From Candidatus Omnitrophica bacterium UBA6253 (lineage in GTDB: Bacteria; Omnitrophota; Gorgyraeia; Gygaellales; Profunditerraquicolaceae), in assembly GCA_002441245.1 (NCBI GenBank), contig DJVP01000011.1:53295-117294 (forward strand): 64,000 bases of DNA, given 5' to 3'. The number at the start of each line of letters is the position of its first letter. The first letter of the stretch is position 1. Position numbers and translations under genes: made by a program. Shown piece after piece: positions 18,756 through 28,002 of this stretch. The notes under the pieces are model-generated. The model made no database searches, had not been told where the DNA came from, and worked only from the letters and a program-made list of their open reading frames with translations.

Positions 18756-19921
18756 TGGATATAAGTAAACAAATAGAGACAATTAAAAGGGGCGCTGCGG
18801 AGATAATCTCTGAGGGGGAGTTGTATAAGAAACTCGACCAGAGTATTAAAACCAAGCGCCCCTTAAAAATCAAGGCCGGTTTTGACCCTACTGCCCCGGA
18901 TCTGCATTTAGGTCATACCGTGCTTTTGAGGAAGCTGCGCCAGTTCCAGGATTTAGGGCATGAGGTTTATTTTCTGATCGGCGATTTTACCGGCCAAATC
19001 GGCGATCCCAGCGGTAGATCGGAAATCCGCAAGCAGCTTTCAAAATCAGAGGTTGTTAAGAACGCCCAGACCTATAAAAAGCAAGTGGCCAAGATCCTTG
19101 ATACCTCAAAACTAAGAATAGTTTTTAATAGTAAGTGGTTTGAAAAAATGTCGGTTGTAGAAATGCTAAAACTTACTACTTATTCTACGGTTTCCCAAAT
19201 GCTTGCCCGCGACGATTTTAAAAAGCGTTATGCAAAAGGAGAGAATATCTCTATCCTGGAATTTATTTATCCTTTGATGCAGGGGTATGATTCAGTTGTG
19301 CTTGAGGCTGATGTGGAACTTGGGGGGACTGACCAAATCTTTAATCTGCTGGTTGGCCGCGAATTACAAAAAGATTTTAACCAGGCTCAGCAGGTTGTGC
19401 TCACCATGCCGTTATTGGAAGGAACTGACGGCGTGCAGAAGATGAGTAAAACTTACGGCAACTATGTTGGCATCAATGAGCCGGCAAGCGATATATTCGG
19501 CAAGATTATGTCAATCTCCGACGAGTTGATGTTTAAATATTATGAGCTGCTTACTGATGAAGATTTAAATTCAGTTAGAAGAATGCATCCTAAAGAGGCC
19601 AAAGTAAATTTAGCCAAGATTATCATTACCCAGTATCACTCTGCAGAAGCGGCGGAAAAAGAAGCGCAGGAGTTTGCCCGAGTATTTTCCCAAAAAGAGA
19701 CGCCTGCGGATATGCCGGTTTTTAAAACTGACGGCGAGAAAACAATCCTGGTTATTCTTGCTGAAAGTAAACTGGTTGCCAGCGGCAATGAGGCGCGCAG
19801 GCTGATTAAACAGGGGGCAGTCAGTTTTAATAATCTAAAAATAGAAAAAGATGATTTTGTTCCGAATGAACCCGGCATCTTGAAAGCCGGCTCCCGCAGA
19901 TTCCTGAAGCTTATTTTGTAG
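18755..19921 (+). CDS. tyrS: Tyrosine--tRNA ligase
   Basis: Class I HIGH motif (PDLHLGH), KMSKT motif and a C-terminal S4-like domain. The TAG stop at 19919-19921 lies inside the GTAGAC of the repeat. Confidence 0.9.
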   Translation: MDISKQIETIKRGAAEIISEGELYKKLDQSIKTKRPLKIKAGFDPTAPDLHLGHTVLLRKLRQFQDLGHEVYFLIGDFTGQIGDPSGRSEIRKQLSKSEVVKNAQTYKKQVAKILDTSKLRIVFNSKWFEKMSVVEMLKLTTYSTVSQMLARDDFKKRYAKGENISILEFIYPLMQGYDSVVLEADVELGGTDQIFNLLVGRELQKDFNQAQQVVLTMPLLEGTDGVQKMSKTYGNYVGINEPASDIFGKIMSISDELMFKYYELLTDEDLNSVRRMHPKEAKVNLAKIIITQYHSAEAAEKEAQEFARVFSQKETPADMPVFKTDGEKTILVILAESKLVASGNEARRLIKQGAVSFNNLKIEKDDFVPNEPGILKAGSRRFLKLIL

Positions 19922-20764
19922 ACAGTCTACGTAACTATATATTCCCCAGCCATATCTGTAAGAAATATTTCTATTTTTAAAATAAACTTCGTTAGATTTA
20001 CCCATCTCCTACGTCAATTATGATAGAAGGAGGGGAAAATTATGCCATCGTATGCGCGCAAGCATCAGCTTCAACAGTCATTAGCGTATCATGCGTTTAA
20101 CCGAAGTAATGGACGAAAGGTAATTTTTCAAGAACCGGGGGATTTTGATCGTTTTAAGACTTTACTTTACGAGTATGGTTTTAAGTTTGATGCAAAAATA
20201 TACCATTGGGTGATTATGCCGAATCATTACCATCTTGTGGTCGAATTTAATTTACCTGAGTTAATTTCGAAATTTATGGCAGGATTGCATCGGGCATATA
20301 GCCATTATTATCATAATCAATATAACTCGGTAGGTTTTTTATGGCAAGGCAGGTTTAAATTACAGCCGATACAAAAAGATTTATACTTGAAAAATTGCGG
20401 CAGGTATGTGGAGAGGAATCCGGTGCGCGCGGGAATGGTCAAAGAGGCCTGTGAATATGCGCATAGTAGCGCGCGGTTTTATTGTTTAGGGCAGGAAGAT
20501 GGTGTAACGCAAGTCAGTTGCGATTTTGAAAATTTTGGAAAAGAAGCAACTGGGCGCAGGGCAGTTTATAAAGAATTCCTGAGGGCTTTTGATAGCGAGG
20601 AAGAGGCGTACTTCTCAAACATAGAAATTCCTTGTGGTGACCAAGATTTCCTGCGTAGGCTGGTAAAAGCGAAGGGGCATTATTACCCGAGAAGGCAAGG
20701 TAGGAAGGCTGCAATATTTGTTTTGTAAACGCATATATTTGATATGATTGCATAGACTGTCTAC
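19918..20764. mobile_element. REP-associated tyrosine transposase (RAYT) unit flanked by inverted copies of the GTAGAC-W-GTCTAC module
   Basis: The left end at 19918-19934 is GTAGACAGTCTACGTAA, an inverted module. The right end at 20752-20764 is ATAGACTGTCTAC, a direct module. Between them lies the IS200-like Y1 transposase gene. Confidence 0.7.
20042..20728 (+). CDS. IS200/IS605-like Y1 (HuH) transposase of the REP-associated (RAYT) type
   Basis: HuH motif MPNHYHLVVEF. C-terminal motif YVERNPVRAGMV with the catalytic-Tyr context typical of PF01797 and RAYTs. 228 aa. Confidence 0.8.
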   Translation: MPSYARKHQLQQSLAYHAFNRSNGRKVIFQEPGDFDRFKTLLYEYGFKFDAKIYHWVIMPNHYHLVVEFNLPELISKFMAGLHRAYSHYYHNQYNSVGFLWQGRFKLQPIQKDLYLKNCGRYVERNPVRAGMVKEACEYAHSSARFYCLGQEDGVTQVSCDFENFGKEATGRRAVYKEFLRAFDSEEEAYFSNIEIPCGDQDFLRRLVKAKGHYYPRRQGRKAAIFVL

Positions 20765-20771
20765 AGATTTG

Positions 20772-20780
20772 TGGTATAAT
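20772..20780 (+). promoter_or_regulatory. Extended -10 (TGGTATAAT) just downstream of the right REP end, 8 nt before the SemiSWEET ATG
   Basis: TGnTATAAT pattern. There is no obvious -35 and it is very close to the ATG, so the transcript may be leaderless. Confidence 0.3.
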
Positions 20781-20788
20781 TATTAATT

Positions 20789-21064
20789 ATGCTTTGGCAT
20801 TTGATTGGCGCGATGGCCGCCACCTTAACCATGTTTTCTTTTATTCCGCAGATAGCCAGGTCTTTAAGGACTAAATCTGTAAAAGACGTCAGCCCGATTA
20901 CCTTATTCCAGCTTTCTGCCGGTGTTTTACTCTGGATGATCTATGGTATCGCGCGCAAGGATGTGATAATTATCGGCGCGAATCTGATAACTTTTATAAG
21001 CCTGGCAGTGCTTATTTTCTTGTATTTTAAATATAAAAAGGTGGATGTTTCTTTTAAGAAATAA
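20789..21064 (+). CDS. SemiSWEET (PQ-loop/MtN3 family) sugar transporter
   Basis: 91 aa with 3 TM helices and the PQ motif (FSFIPQIARSLRTKSVKDVS). It is close in sequence to characterised bacterial SemiSWEETs. Confidence 0.75.
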   Translation: MLWHLIGAMAATLTMFSFIPQIARSLRTKSVKDVSPITLFQLSAGVLLWMIYGIARKDVIIIGANLITFISLAVLIFLYFKYKKVDVSFKK

Positions 21065-21065
21065 C

Positions 21066-21114
21066 ATTTCTTTTATAAGTATCTATTGCATAACGAATTA
21101 CGTAGACTGTCTAC
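21066..21114 (+). repeat. Single direct-orientation repeat module ending in TTACGTAGACTGTCTAC at 21098-21114
   Basis: Aligns with the modules at 23811, 24970 and 28283 (..CATTTCTTTTATAAG..TAACGAATTACGTAGACTGTCTAC). It sits 27 nt upstream of the rmlA ATG. Confidence 0.6.
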
Positions 21115-21140
21115 AAGAGCTACAAGAGCAGGGGGGGTGA

Positions 21141-22007
21141 ATGAAAGGCATAATTCTGGCTGGTGGCAAGGCAACGCGTCTTTATCCTATAACTAAAGGT
21201 GTCTGTAAGCAGATGCTGCCGATTTATGATAAGCCGATGATCTATTATCCTTTATCAGTATTAATGCTGGCAGGTATACGGGAAATTCTGGTTATCTCTA
21301 CTCCCAAAGATACACCAAGATTTAAAGATTTATTGGGGGATGGCTCCAGCTTAGGGATTAAATTATCTTACTCTGTCCAACTTGAACCGAAAGGAATTGC
21401 CCAGAGTTTTGTGATTGCTGAAGATTTTATCGGCCGCGATAACGCCTGTCTTATCCTGGGAGATAATATTTTTTACGGTTATAATTTAAGCGAGCTCTTG
21501 CAGCAATCAGCCAGGATTAAGGATGGGGCGGTGATCTTTGGTTATTATGTCAAGGACCCTGAGCGTTATGGCGTGCTTGAGTTTAATAAGAAATGCAAGG
21601 TTACCTCGATTAAAGAAAAACCTATAAAGCCCAAATCTAACTGGGCGGTGGCGGGTTTGTATTTTTATGATAATAATGTGGTAAAGATTGCCAAGAATAT
21701 CAAGCCCTCTGCAAGGGGGGAGCTGGAGATCACTTCGGTAAATAACGAATACATCAAAAGAGGCAAACTCAGGGCGGAATTTCTCGGCCGTGGGCATGCC
21801 TGGCTTGATACCGGTACCTATGAATCGCTTATTGACGCATCGGTTTTTATTAAAACGATAGAAGACAGGCAGGGGCTTAAGATCGGCTGTATTGAAGAGG
21901 TGGCCTACCGTATGGGTTATATTAATAAAACACAATTGCTAAAGCTTGCCGGCCAGATACCGACCAGCTACGGCGAATACTTGAAGGATTTACTTAAAAA
22001 TGGATAA
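21141..22007 (+). CDS. rmlA: Glucose-1-phosphate thymidylyltransferase
   Basis: [18 protein letters not shown]...[11 protein letters not shown] is the RmlA signature. A G7 tract lies at 21131-21137 in the RBS region. Confidence 0.9.
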   Translation: MKGIILAGGKATRLYPITKGVCKQMLPIYDKPMIYYPLSVLMLAGIREILVISTPKDTPRFKDLLGDGSSLGIKLSYSVQLEPKGIAQSFVIAEDFIGRDNACLILGDNIFYGYNLSELLQQSARIKDGAVIFGYYVKDPERYGVLEFNKKCKVTSIKEKPIKPKSNWAVAGLYFYDNNVVKIAKNIKPSARGELEITSVNNEYIKRGKLRAEFLGRGHAWLDTGTYESLIDASVFIKTIEDRQGLKIGCIEEVAYRMGYINKTQLLKLAGQIPTSYGEYLKDLLKNG

Positions 22008-22821
22008 AAACATTTTAATTTTGGGAAAAGGGTTTATCGGCGAAAGGCTGCAAAAAGAGTTTGATTGCCCAATTGACGGCTCAATGATAAATTGTTTTAG
22101 CGACGCCGAGAAACTGGCCAAGAAATATGCCCCTAAAATAATCATAAATTGTATCGGCATTACCGGCAGGCACAATGTCGATGACTGTGAATTAGAGAAG
22201 GATGCGACTCTATTGGCAAACAGTTTTATCCCGGTAATTCTGGCTGAAGTTTGCCTGCGCAATAACATTAAGCTTGTGCATATAAGCAGCGGGTGTATTT
22301 TTAATTACGACTATAAGAAAAATGTATCGATAAAAGAAAATAGCCAGGATTATTTCTTCGGGTTGTTCTATAGCCGCAGCAAGATCTATTCGGAAAGGGC
22401 GCTTGATACGCTTAGCCGGGATTATAATATACTTATTGCCAGGATCCGCATACCCCTGCTTAATGCCAGGCATCCTAAGAACGTGTTAGATAAGCTTATA
22501 AAATACAAGAAAATAATCGATATTGCTAATTCCATAACTTATATACCTGATTTTATCCGGGCAATTAAACATTTGATAAAGATTGACGCCCGGGGGGTGT
22601 ATAATGTAGTAAATAAGGGCGGCTTGCGTTATCCGAGGCTTATGCGGGTTTATCAAAAATACGCCCCGGATTTTAAATTCAAAGTGATTGCCTTAAAGAA
22701 ATTAGGCCTGGCCAGGACTAACCTTATTTTGTCCACAAGCAAGCTTGAGAAAACAGGTTTTAAGGTCAGGAATATCAACTCAATCCTAGAAGAATGCGTA
22801 AAAGAATACCTAAAATCTTAG
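22000..22821 (+). CDS. NAD(P)-dependent sugar-nucleotide reductase, RmlD-like (dTDP-4-dehydro-6-deoxyhexose reductase candidate)
   Basis: 273 aa. N-terminal [13 protein letters not shown] Rossmann motif and a short-chain SDR YxxxK-like catalytic region. It sits between rmlA and rmlB. No rmlC was seen. Confidence 0.45.
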   Translation: MDKNILILGKGFIGERLQKEFDCPIDGSMINCFSDAEKLAKKYAPKIIINCIGITGRHNVDDCELEKDATLLANSFIPVILAEVCLRNNIKLVHISSGCIFNYDYKKNVSIKENSQDYFFGLFYSRSKIYSERALDTLSRDYNILIARIRIPLLNARHPKNVLDKLIKYKKIIDIANSITYIPDFIRAIKHLIKIDARGVYNVVNKGGLRYPRLMRVYQKYAPDFKFKVIALKKLGLARTNLILSTSKLEKTGFKVRNINSILEECVKEYLKS

Positions 22822-23786
22822 TTACCGGCGGGGCGGGTTTTATCGGCAGTGCCTTTGTCAGATTGCTGGTTAAAAACGGGATATCCCCTGTAGTTGTTGA
22901 CAAGCTTACCTATGCCGGAGACCTTAAGCGCCTTGAGGAGGTAATGGGCAAATTTAAATTCTATAAAACCGATATCTGCAGCAAAAAAGGGATCGAGGCT
23001 GTTTTTGCTAAAGAGAAACCGGCTGTCGCAGTTCATTTTGCCGCTGAAAGCCATGTTGACCGCAGTATCCATGATGCTACTCCGTTTGTAGAGACTAATA
23101 TTAAGGGGACGCAGGTACTTCTTGACGCCAGCCGCAAACATAATATAAAGAAATTTATTCTAATCTCTACTGATGAAGTCTATGGAGAGATCGCCAATGG
23201 CAGGTTTAATGAAAATTCTCCGATTAAACCTAACAGCCCTTACGCCGCATCTAAGGCAGCGGCAGACCTTCTGGTGCAGGCGTATATTAGGACAAATAAT
23301 TTCCCTGCAATAATTATCCGGCCGTCAAATAATTACGGCCCGTGGCAATATCCGGAGAAACTTATCCCGCTTGCTATATTAAGAATATTAGGGGATGGTA
23401 AGGTACCGGTTTATGGCAAGGGATTAAATGTGCGCGAATGGCTTTATGTTGATGACTGTGTGCGAGGCATTATGATGATTATGCGCAAGGGTAAAATCGG
23501 AGAGACGTATAACTTAGGCAGCGCTTGCGAGAGTAAAAACATTGACACAATCAAATTATTGCTAAAAACCCTTGGTGTTGGCCATGACAGGTTTGAGTTC
23601 GTAAAAGACCGCTTAGGCCATGATATAAGGTACAGCCTTAATTCAAGAAAGATTGCCAAGGGGCTTGACTGGAAGCCGGGAGTTAAGCTTAGCCAAGGGC
23701 TTAAGCTCACAGTGGCTTGGTCGCTTAAGCATAAAACTTGGCTTAAGAGTAAGCTAGGCGATATTAATAAGCTATATAATAAATAG
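22794..23786 (+). CDS. rmlB: dTDP-glucose 4,6-dehydratase
   Basis: [16 protein letters not shown]... catalytic YAASKAAADLLV(Q)AY and DEVYG. Confidence 0.85.
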   Translation: MRKRIPKILVTGGAGFIGSAFVRLLVKNGISPVVVDKLTYAGDLKRLEEVMGKFKFYKTDICSKKGIEAVFAKEKPAVAVHFAAESHVDRSIHDATPFVETNIKGTQVLLDASRKHNIKKFILISTDEVYGEIANGRFNENSPIKPNSPYAASKAAADLLVQAYIRTNNFPAIIIRPSNNYGPWQYPEKLIPLAILRILGDGKVPVYGKGLNVREWLYVDDCVRGIMMIMRKGKIGETYNLGSACESKNIDTIKLLLKTLGVGHDRFEFVKDRLGHDIRYSLNSRKIAKGLDWKPGVKLSQGLKLTVAWSLKHKTWLKSKLGDINKLYNK

Positions 23787-23807
23787 AACCCCCTTTTAAT
23801 TTTAAAA

Positions 23808-23864
23808 GCTGTAGTATTTCTTTTGTAACTATTTATCTATAATGGAATTACGTATACTGTCTAC
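23808..23864 (+). repeat. Single direct repeat module, ...TTTGTAAC..TATAAT..TTACGTATACTGTCTAC, ending 4 nt before the ATG of the next gene
   Basis: GTAGTATTTCTTTTGTAACTATTTATCTATAATGGAATTACGTATACTGTCTAC. The TATAAT box is at 23837-23842. Confidence 0.6.
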
Positions 23865-23867
23865 TAT

Positions 23868-24935
23868 ATGGCGATTGTCATAGTTACAGGTTCCTGCGGG
23901 TTAATCGGCTCTGAAACTGTGAGTTTTTTTGCGGAAAAAGGCTTTGATATCGTCGGTATCGATAATAATATGCGCAAAAGTTTTTTTGGCGCTGACGGTT
24001 CAATCCTTTGGAATAAAAAACGCCTGCAAAAATTATATAAAAACTACCGGCATTATTCTGTAGATATCCGTGACCAGGGCAAAATCAATTCAATATTCAA
24101 GAAGTATAATAAAGATATCGCTTTAATTGTGCATGCCGCGGCCCAGCCATCCCATGATTGGGCGGCAAGAGAGCCGGCAATTGACTTTGGGATTAATGCC
24201 CAGGGCACGCTGGTTATGCTCGAGGCCTTGCGTAAATTATCCCCCCGCTCAGTTTTTATTTTTGCCTCAACGAATAAAGTCTATGGCGATACCCCTAACC
24301 GGCTTCCCTTAATAGAAAAGGAAAAACGTTTCGAGATCTCATTTGACCACAAATATTTCAAAGGTATTGATGAAACAATGAGCATTGACAACTGCCTGCA
24401 TTCGGTTTTCGGCGCCTCAAAGGTTGCCGCGGATATTATGACACAGGAGTATGGAAAGTATTTCCATCTTAAAACCGGAGTGTTTAGAGGGGGATGCCTT
24501 ACCGGGCCGGCTCATTCCGGCGCTGAATTACATGGGTTTTTATCATATATGGTTAAATGCTGCGTGACAAAACGCAAATATAAAATTTACGGTTATAAAG
24601 GCAAACAGGTCAGGGATAATATACACTCTTTTGATATGGTAAGTGCTTTTTATCATTATTTCCAGAGTCCCCGTTGCGGAGAAGTTTATAATATAGGCGG
24701 AGGCAGATTTGCCAATCTCTCGGTTATGGAAGCAATCGAGATGTGCGAAAAACTAAGCGGCGAAAAGTTTGATTATGAATATATTGATACTAACCGCATC
24801 GGCGACCACATTTGGTGGATCAGCGATGTATCTAAGTTTAAGGCGCATTATCCTGATTGGCAGTATAAGTTCGGCATAGAAGAAACTCTTCGCCAGATTG
24901 TAGACAGTGTACGTAATTCTCTTAAATCTAAATAG
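23868..24935 (+). CDS. NAD-dependent epimerase/dehydratase family protein (CDP-paratose-2-epimerase-like extended SDR)
   Basis: [15 protein letters not shown]...[15 protein letters not shown]. The last 12 codons overlap an inverted repeat module (GTAGACAGTGTACGTAA at 24900-24916). Confidence 0.7.
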   Translation: MAIVIVTGSCGLIGSETVSFFAEKGFDIVGIDNNMRKSFFGADGSILWNKKRLQKLYKNYRHYSVDIRDQGKINSIFKKYNKDIALIVHAAAQPSHDWAAREPAIDFGINAQGTLVMLEALRKLSPRSVFIFASTNKVYGDTPNRLPLIEKEKRFEISFDHKYFKGIDETMSIDNCLHSVFGASKVAADIMTQEYGKYFHLKTGVFRGGCLTGPAHSGAELHGFLSYMVKCCVTKRKYKIYGYKGKQVRDNIHSFDMVSAFYHYFQSPRCGEVYNIGGGRFANLSVMEAIEMCEKLSGEKFDYEYIDTNRIGDHIWWISDVSKFKAHYPDWQYKFGIEETLRQIVDSVRNSLKSK

Positions 24936-25026
24936 TTAGAAAACAAATTTTTATCTGAATTAAAATACAGGTATAGTATTTCTTATATAACCTCTTATTT
25001 TTGATATAATTACGTAGACTGTCTAC
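24900..25026. repeat. REPIN-like inverted doublet: an inverted module at 24900-24957 and a direct module at 24970-25026 with TGATATAAT at 25002-25010
   Basis: The outer dyads are GTAGACAGTGTAC at 24900-24912 and GTAGACTGTCTAC at 25014-25026. The inner boxes AAATTTGTTTTCTAAC and GTATTTCTTATATAACCTCTT are conserved. Confidence 0.6.
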
Positions 25027-25033
25027 AAATCAA

Positions 25034-25402
25034 ATGCGGAAGACGATATTGATAATAGAAGACGATCCCCTAAATATGAGGTTGAGCGTTGATTTGCTTG
25101 AATTAAACGGTTTTAATACTCTAAGTTGTGAAGATGGCTGCAGCGCTCTTGAAACCCTAAAGAATACTATCCCCGACCTTATTCTGCTTGATATAAACAT
25201 GCCGAAGATGAATGGTTTTGAAGTTTATAAGAAAATAAGAGAAGATGACCGGCTAGATCAGGTTAAGGTAATTGCCATGTCTGGATCGGTGATGAAAGAA
25301 GATGAGCGAAGGATAGTTGCTGCCGGTTTTAATGATTTTGTGCCCAAGCCCATTGATATAAAGGGATTAGTAGGCAAGCTAAAAGGTTATTTATCTGTAT
25401 GA
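25034..25402 (+). CDS. Response regulator, receiver domain only (CheY-like)
   Basis: 122 aa with acidic pocket IIEDD, phospho-Asp LLDINMPKMNG and the conserved K in PKPI. Confidence 0.8.
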   Translation: MRKTILIIEDDPLNMRLSVDLLELNGFNTLSCEDGCSALETLKNTIPDLILLDINMPKMNGFEVYKKIREDDRLDQVKVIAMSGSVMKEDERRIVAAGFNDFVPKPIDIKGLVGKLKGYLSV

Positions 25403-26523
25403 AGGAATGCATGGAAGTAGAATATCGCGAGCTTGTAGAAAATGCTAATAGCATTATCCTGCGCATGGATATGAAAGGCAACCTTACCTTTTTTAATAGA
25501 TACGCGCAGGAATTCTTCGGTTATAGCCAAGAGGAGATTTTGGGGAAAAGCGTGATTGGCACTATAGTTGCCCCTACCGATTCATCCGGACGGGACCTTA
25601 AGGCGATGATTGATGATATAGTTTCCCATCCATTACGTTATGTTGAAAATAAAAATGAGAATATGCTTCGTAACGGCGAGAGGGTGTGGATAGCCTGGAC
25701 TAATAAAGCCATACTTGATAAAGATGGCCGCGTAGGAGGGGTATTTAGTATCGGTAACAATATAACCAAACTTAAACAAGCCGAAGAGGAAATATTAAAG
25801 GCAAAAGAGGCTGCAGAAAGCGCCAATAAAACCAAAAGTGCATTTCTTGCCAATATGTCGCATGAGCTAAGGACGCCGCTTAATGCGATTATCGGGTTTT
25901 CTGAACTGGTAAAAGATGAAAGCGTTGGGGCCCTTAATGGGAAACAAAAAGAATATCTCAATTATGTTTGGGAAAGCGGCAAGCACCTGCTTTCATTGAT
26001 AAATGAGGTACTTGATTTGTCGAAAGTCGAAGCAGGAAAAATGGAGCTGGAGCTGACCGAATTTGACCTAAAAGAACTTTTAAAAAAGAGCCTTATGTTT
26101 ATATCGGAAAAAGCAATGAAGCAGGAGATCACGCTTTTGACCGATATTGAAGAAGGCGTGGGAATTATTAAAGCTGATGAGAGAAAAATAAAGCAAGTAG
26201 TTTTTAATTTGCTTTCTAACGCTATGAAATTTACTCCTAAGGGGGGTAAGGTTAGTATTCAGGCAAAGATTGCAGGAGAAAATGAAGTTTTAATTTGTGT
26301 GTGGGATACAGGTATTGGGGTAGAAGCCAAGGATAGCCAAAAAATATTTTCTGAATTTGAGCAAATATCCAGTGAATATTCGCGTCAATATGCCGGGACT
26401 GGTTTGGGCATGCCTTTGAGTAAAAAATTTATTGAGTTGCATGGCGGCAAGATGTGGTTTGAAAGCGAGGGAAAGAGTAAGGGTACATATTTTTATTTTA
26501 CATTACCGTCTAAGATAGGCTAA
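25399..26523 (+). CDS. Cytoplasmic PAS-domain sensor histidine kinase
   Basis: A PAS fold follows a coiled region. H-box MSHELRTPLNAI. An N-box and G1/G2 HATPase_c follow (NLLSNAMKFTPKGG, GTGLGMPL). No TM segment. Confidence 0.8.
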   Translation: MKECMEVEYRELVENANSIILRMDMKGNLTFFNRYAQEFFGYSQEEILGKSVIGTIVAPTDSSGRDLKAMIDDIVSHPLRYVENKNENMLRNGERVWIAWTNKAILDKDGRVGGVFSIGNNITKLKQAEEEILKAKEAAESANKTKSAFLANMSHELRTPLNAIIGFSELVKDESVGALNGKQKEYLNYVWESGKHLLSLINEVLDLSKVEAGKMELELTEFDLKELLKKSLMFISEKAMKQEITLLTDIEEGVGIIKADERKIKQVVFNLLSNAMKFTPKGGKVSIQAKIAGENEVLICVWDTGIGVEAKDSQKIFSEFEQISSEYSRQYAGTGLGMPLSKKFIELHGGKMWFESEGKSKGTYFYFTLPSKIG

Positions 26524-26537
26524 CGAAAGGAGCAGAT

Positions 26538-26906
26538 ATGGCGAAGATTTTAATTGTGGATGATGATGAGATAATGCTTAAGCTCTATTCTGAGTTTTTA
26601 TCAAAGGAGGGTTTTGAAGTCCTTACTGCCGGCAATGCGGATAAGGGGTTTGATTTAGCTGCTTCTTGCCTGCCTGACCTTATCCTTTTAGATGTTATGA
26701 TGCCCGGAGTTGATGGAGCAGAGGCGCATGAGCGCTTGTCTAAAGATGCAAGAACTAGCGGCATTAAATTGGTTTTTTTGACCTCCCTGGTAAAGGCGGA
26801 GGAAGTAGCGGCTAACGAAGGGAATATCGGCGGGTTGGATTATATATCAAAATCCACTCCCAAAGAAGAGTTCATTAAAAGAATTAAAGAAATTTTAAGA
26901 TCGTAG
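26538..26906 (+). CDS. Response regulator, receiver domain only
   Basis: ILIVDDDEIM, LLDVMMPGVDG, and a conserved S/T and K. The TAG stop at 26904-26906 lies inside the repeat GTAGAC. Confidence 0.75.
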   Translation: MAKILIVDDDEIMLKLYSEFLSKEGFEVLTAGNADKGFDLAASCLPDLILLDVMMPGVDGAEAHERLSKDARTSGIKLVFLTSLVKAEEVAANEGNIGGLDYISKSTPKEEFIKRIKEILRS

Positions 26907-26960
26907 ACAGTTTACGTAATTTCTTTAAAAGTAGCAGGTTACAAAACAAATATTTATAAA
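26903..26960 (-). repeat. Single inverted repeat module (GTAGACAGTTTACGTAA ... GTTACAAAACAAATATT) between the response-regulator stop and the epimerase start
   Basis: Its reverse complement aligns base-for-base with the module at 28283 (AATATTTGTTTTGTAACCT...AATTACGTAAACTGTCTAC). Confidence 0.6.
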
Positions 26961-26963
26961 AAT

Positions 26964-28001
26964 ATGAAATATAATAATCTCTTGGTTGTCGGCGGGGCAG
27001 GGTTCATCGGCAGCAACCTGGCGGTCTATTTTAAAAGCAAATACCCGATACTTAAGGTTTACGCATTGGATAATCTTGTCCGCAGGGGAAGCGAATTTAA
27101 TCTGCCGAGGCTTAAAGAAAACAACGTTAAGTTTATCCGCGGGGATGTCAGGCGGCCCAAAGACTTGGAATTGAAATTTGATATAGATTTGATATTGGAT
27201 TGTTCTGCTGAGTCGTCGGTGTTGGCAGGTTATGAAAATCCATCTTACGTTATTGATACAAACCTAAACGGCACTGTTAATTGCCTTGAGCTGTGCCGCA
27301 AGCGCAAGGCAGGGATGATTTTTCTTTCCACAAGCAGAGTTTATCCTTATAAAAAAATAAACGCAATCAGCCGCCGGGAATCAAAGAGCAGGTTTGAGTG
27401 GAAGCTTTTCTCCGGTATTGATACGGATTTTTCTCTAACCGGGCCAAAGACTTTGTATGGCGCAACTAAACTGGCTTCGGAATTTATCCTGCAGGAGTAT
27501 ATTGCCGCGTACGGGATTAAAGCGGTTGTTAATCGCTGTGGGGTGGTTGCCGGGCCATGGCAGTTTGGCAAGATTGACCAAGGAGTGTTTACTTACTGGA
27601 TGCTGGCTCATTATTTCAAAAGGCCGCTTAAATATATCGGTTTTGGCGGCCGGGGTAAACAGGTCCGTGACCTTTTGCACGTTGACGACCTTTGCCGTTT
27701 GATCGACCTGCAGGTAAGCGGTCTTTCTAGATTAAGCGGAAATACTTATAATGTCGGCGGCTCAAGAGAGATAAGCCTTTCTCTGTTGGAAGCTACCGCT
27801 TTTTGCCAACAGATTACCGGAAATAAGATTAATGTTGGGTGCGATTTGCGTGAGCGTCCGGGCGATATCGCTATATACCTTACAGATAATAAAAAAGTTA
27901 CCCGGCAGCTGAAATGGAAACCGCAGAAGCAGGTTTCGGAGATCCTGAATGATATCTTTAACTGGGTTAAGAGTAATGAGGCTAAGCTTCGAAAACTATA
28001 A
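26964..28001 (+). CDS. NAD-dependent epimerase/dehydratase family protein (extended SDR)
   Basis: LLVVGGAGFIGSNLAVYF...YGATKLASEFILQEY. Confidence 0.7.
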   Translation: MKYNNLLVVGGAGFIGSNLAVYFKSKYPILKVYALDNLVRRGSEFNLPRLKENNVKFIRGDVRRPKDLELKFDIDLILDCSAESSVLAGYENPSYVIDTNLNGTVNCLELCRKRKAGMIFLSTSRVYPYKKINAISRRESKSRFEWKLFSGIDTDFSLTGPKTLYGATKLASEFILQEYIAAYGIKAVVNRCGVVAGPWQFGKIDQGVFTYWMLAHYFKRPLKYIGFGGRGKQVRDLLHVDDLCRLIDLQVSGLSRLSGNTYNVGGSREISLSLLEATAFCQQITGNKINVGCDLRERPGDIAIYLTDNKKVTRQLKWKPQKQVSEILNDIFNWVKSNEAKLRKL

Positions 28002-28002
28002 T

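Noticed and set aside
26986-27702. Internal + strand ORFs (26986-27174, 27457-27702) and 24127-24312, 37768-37953, 38273-38551, 47106-47324, 49146-49349
   Set aside because: They are alternative frames within well-supported longer CDSs on the same strand.
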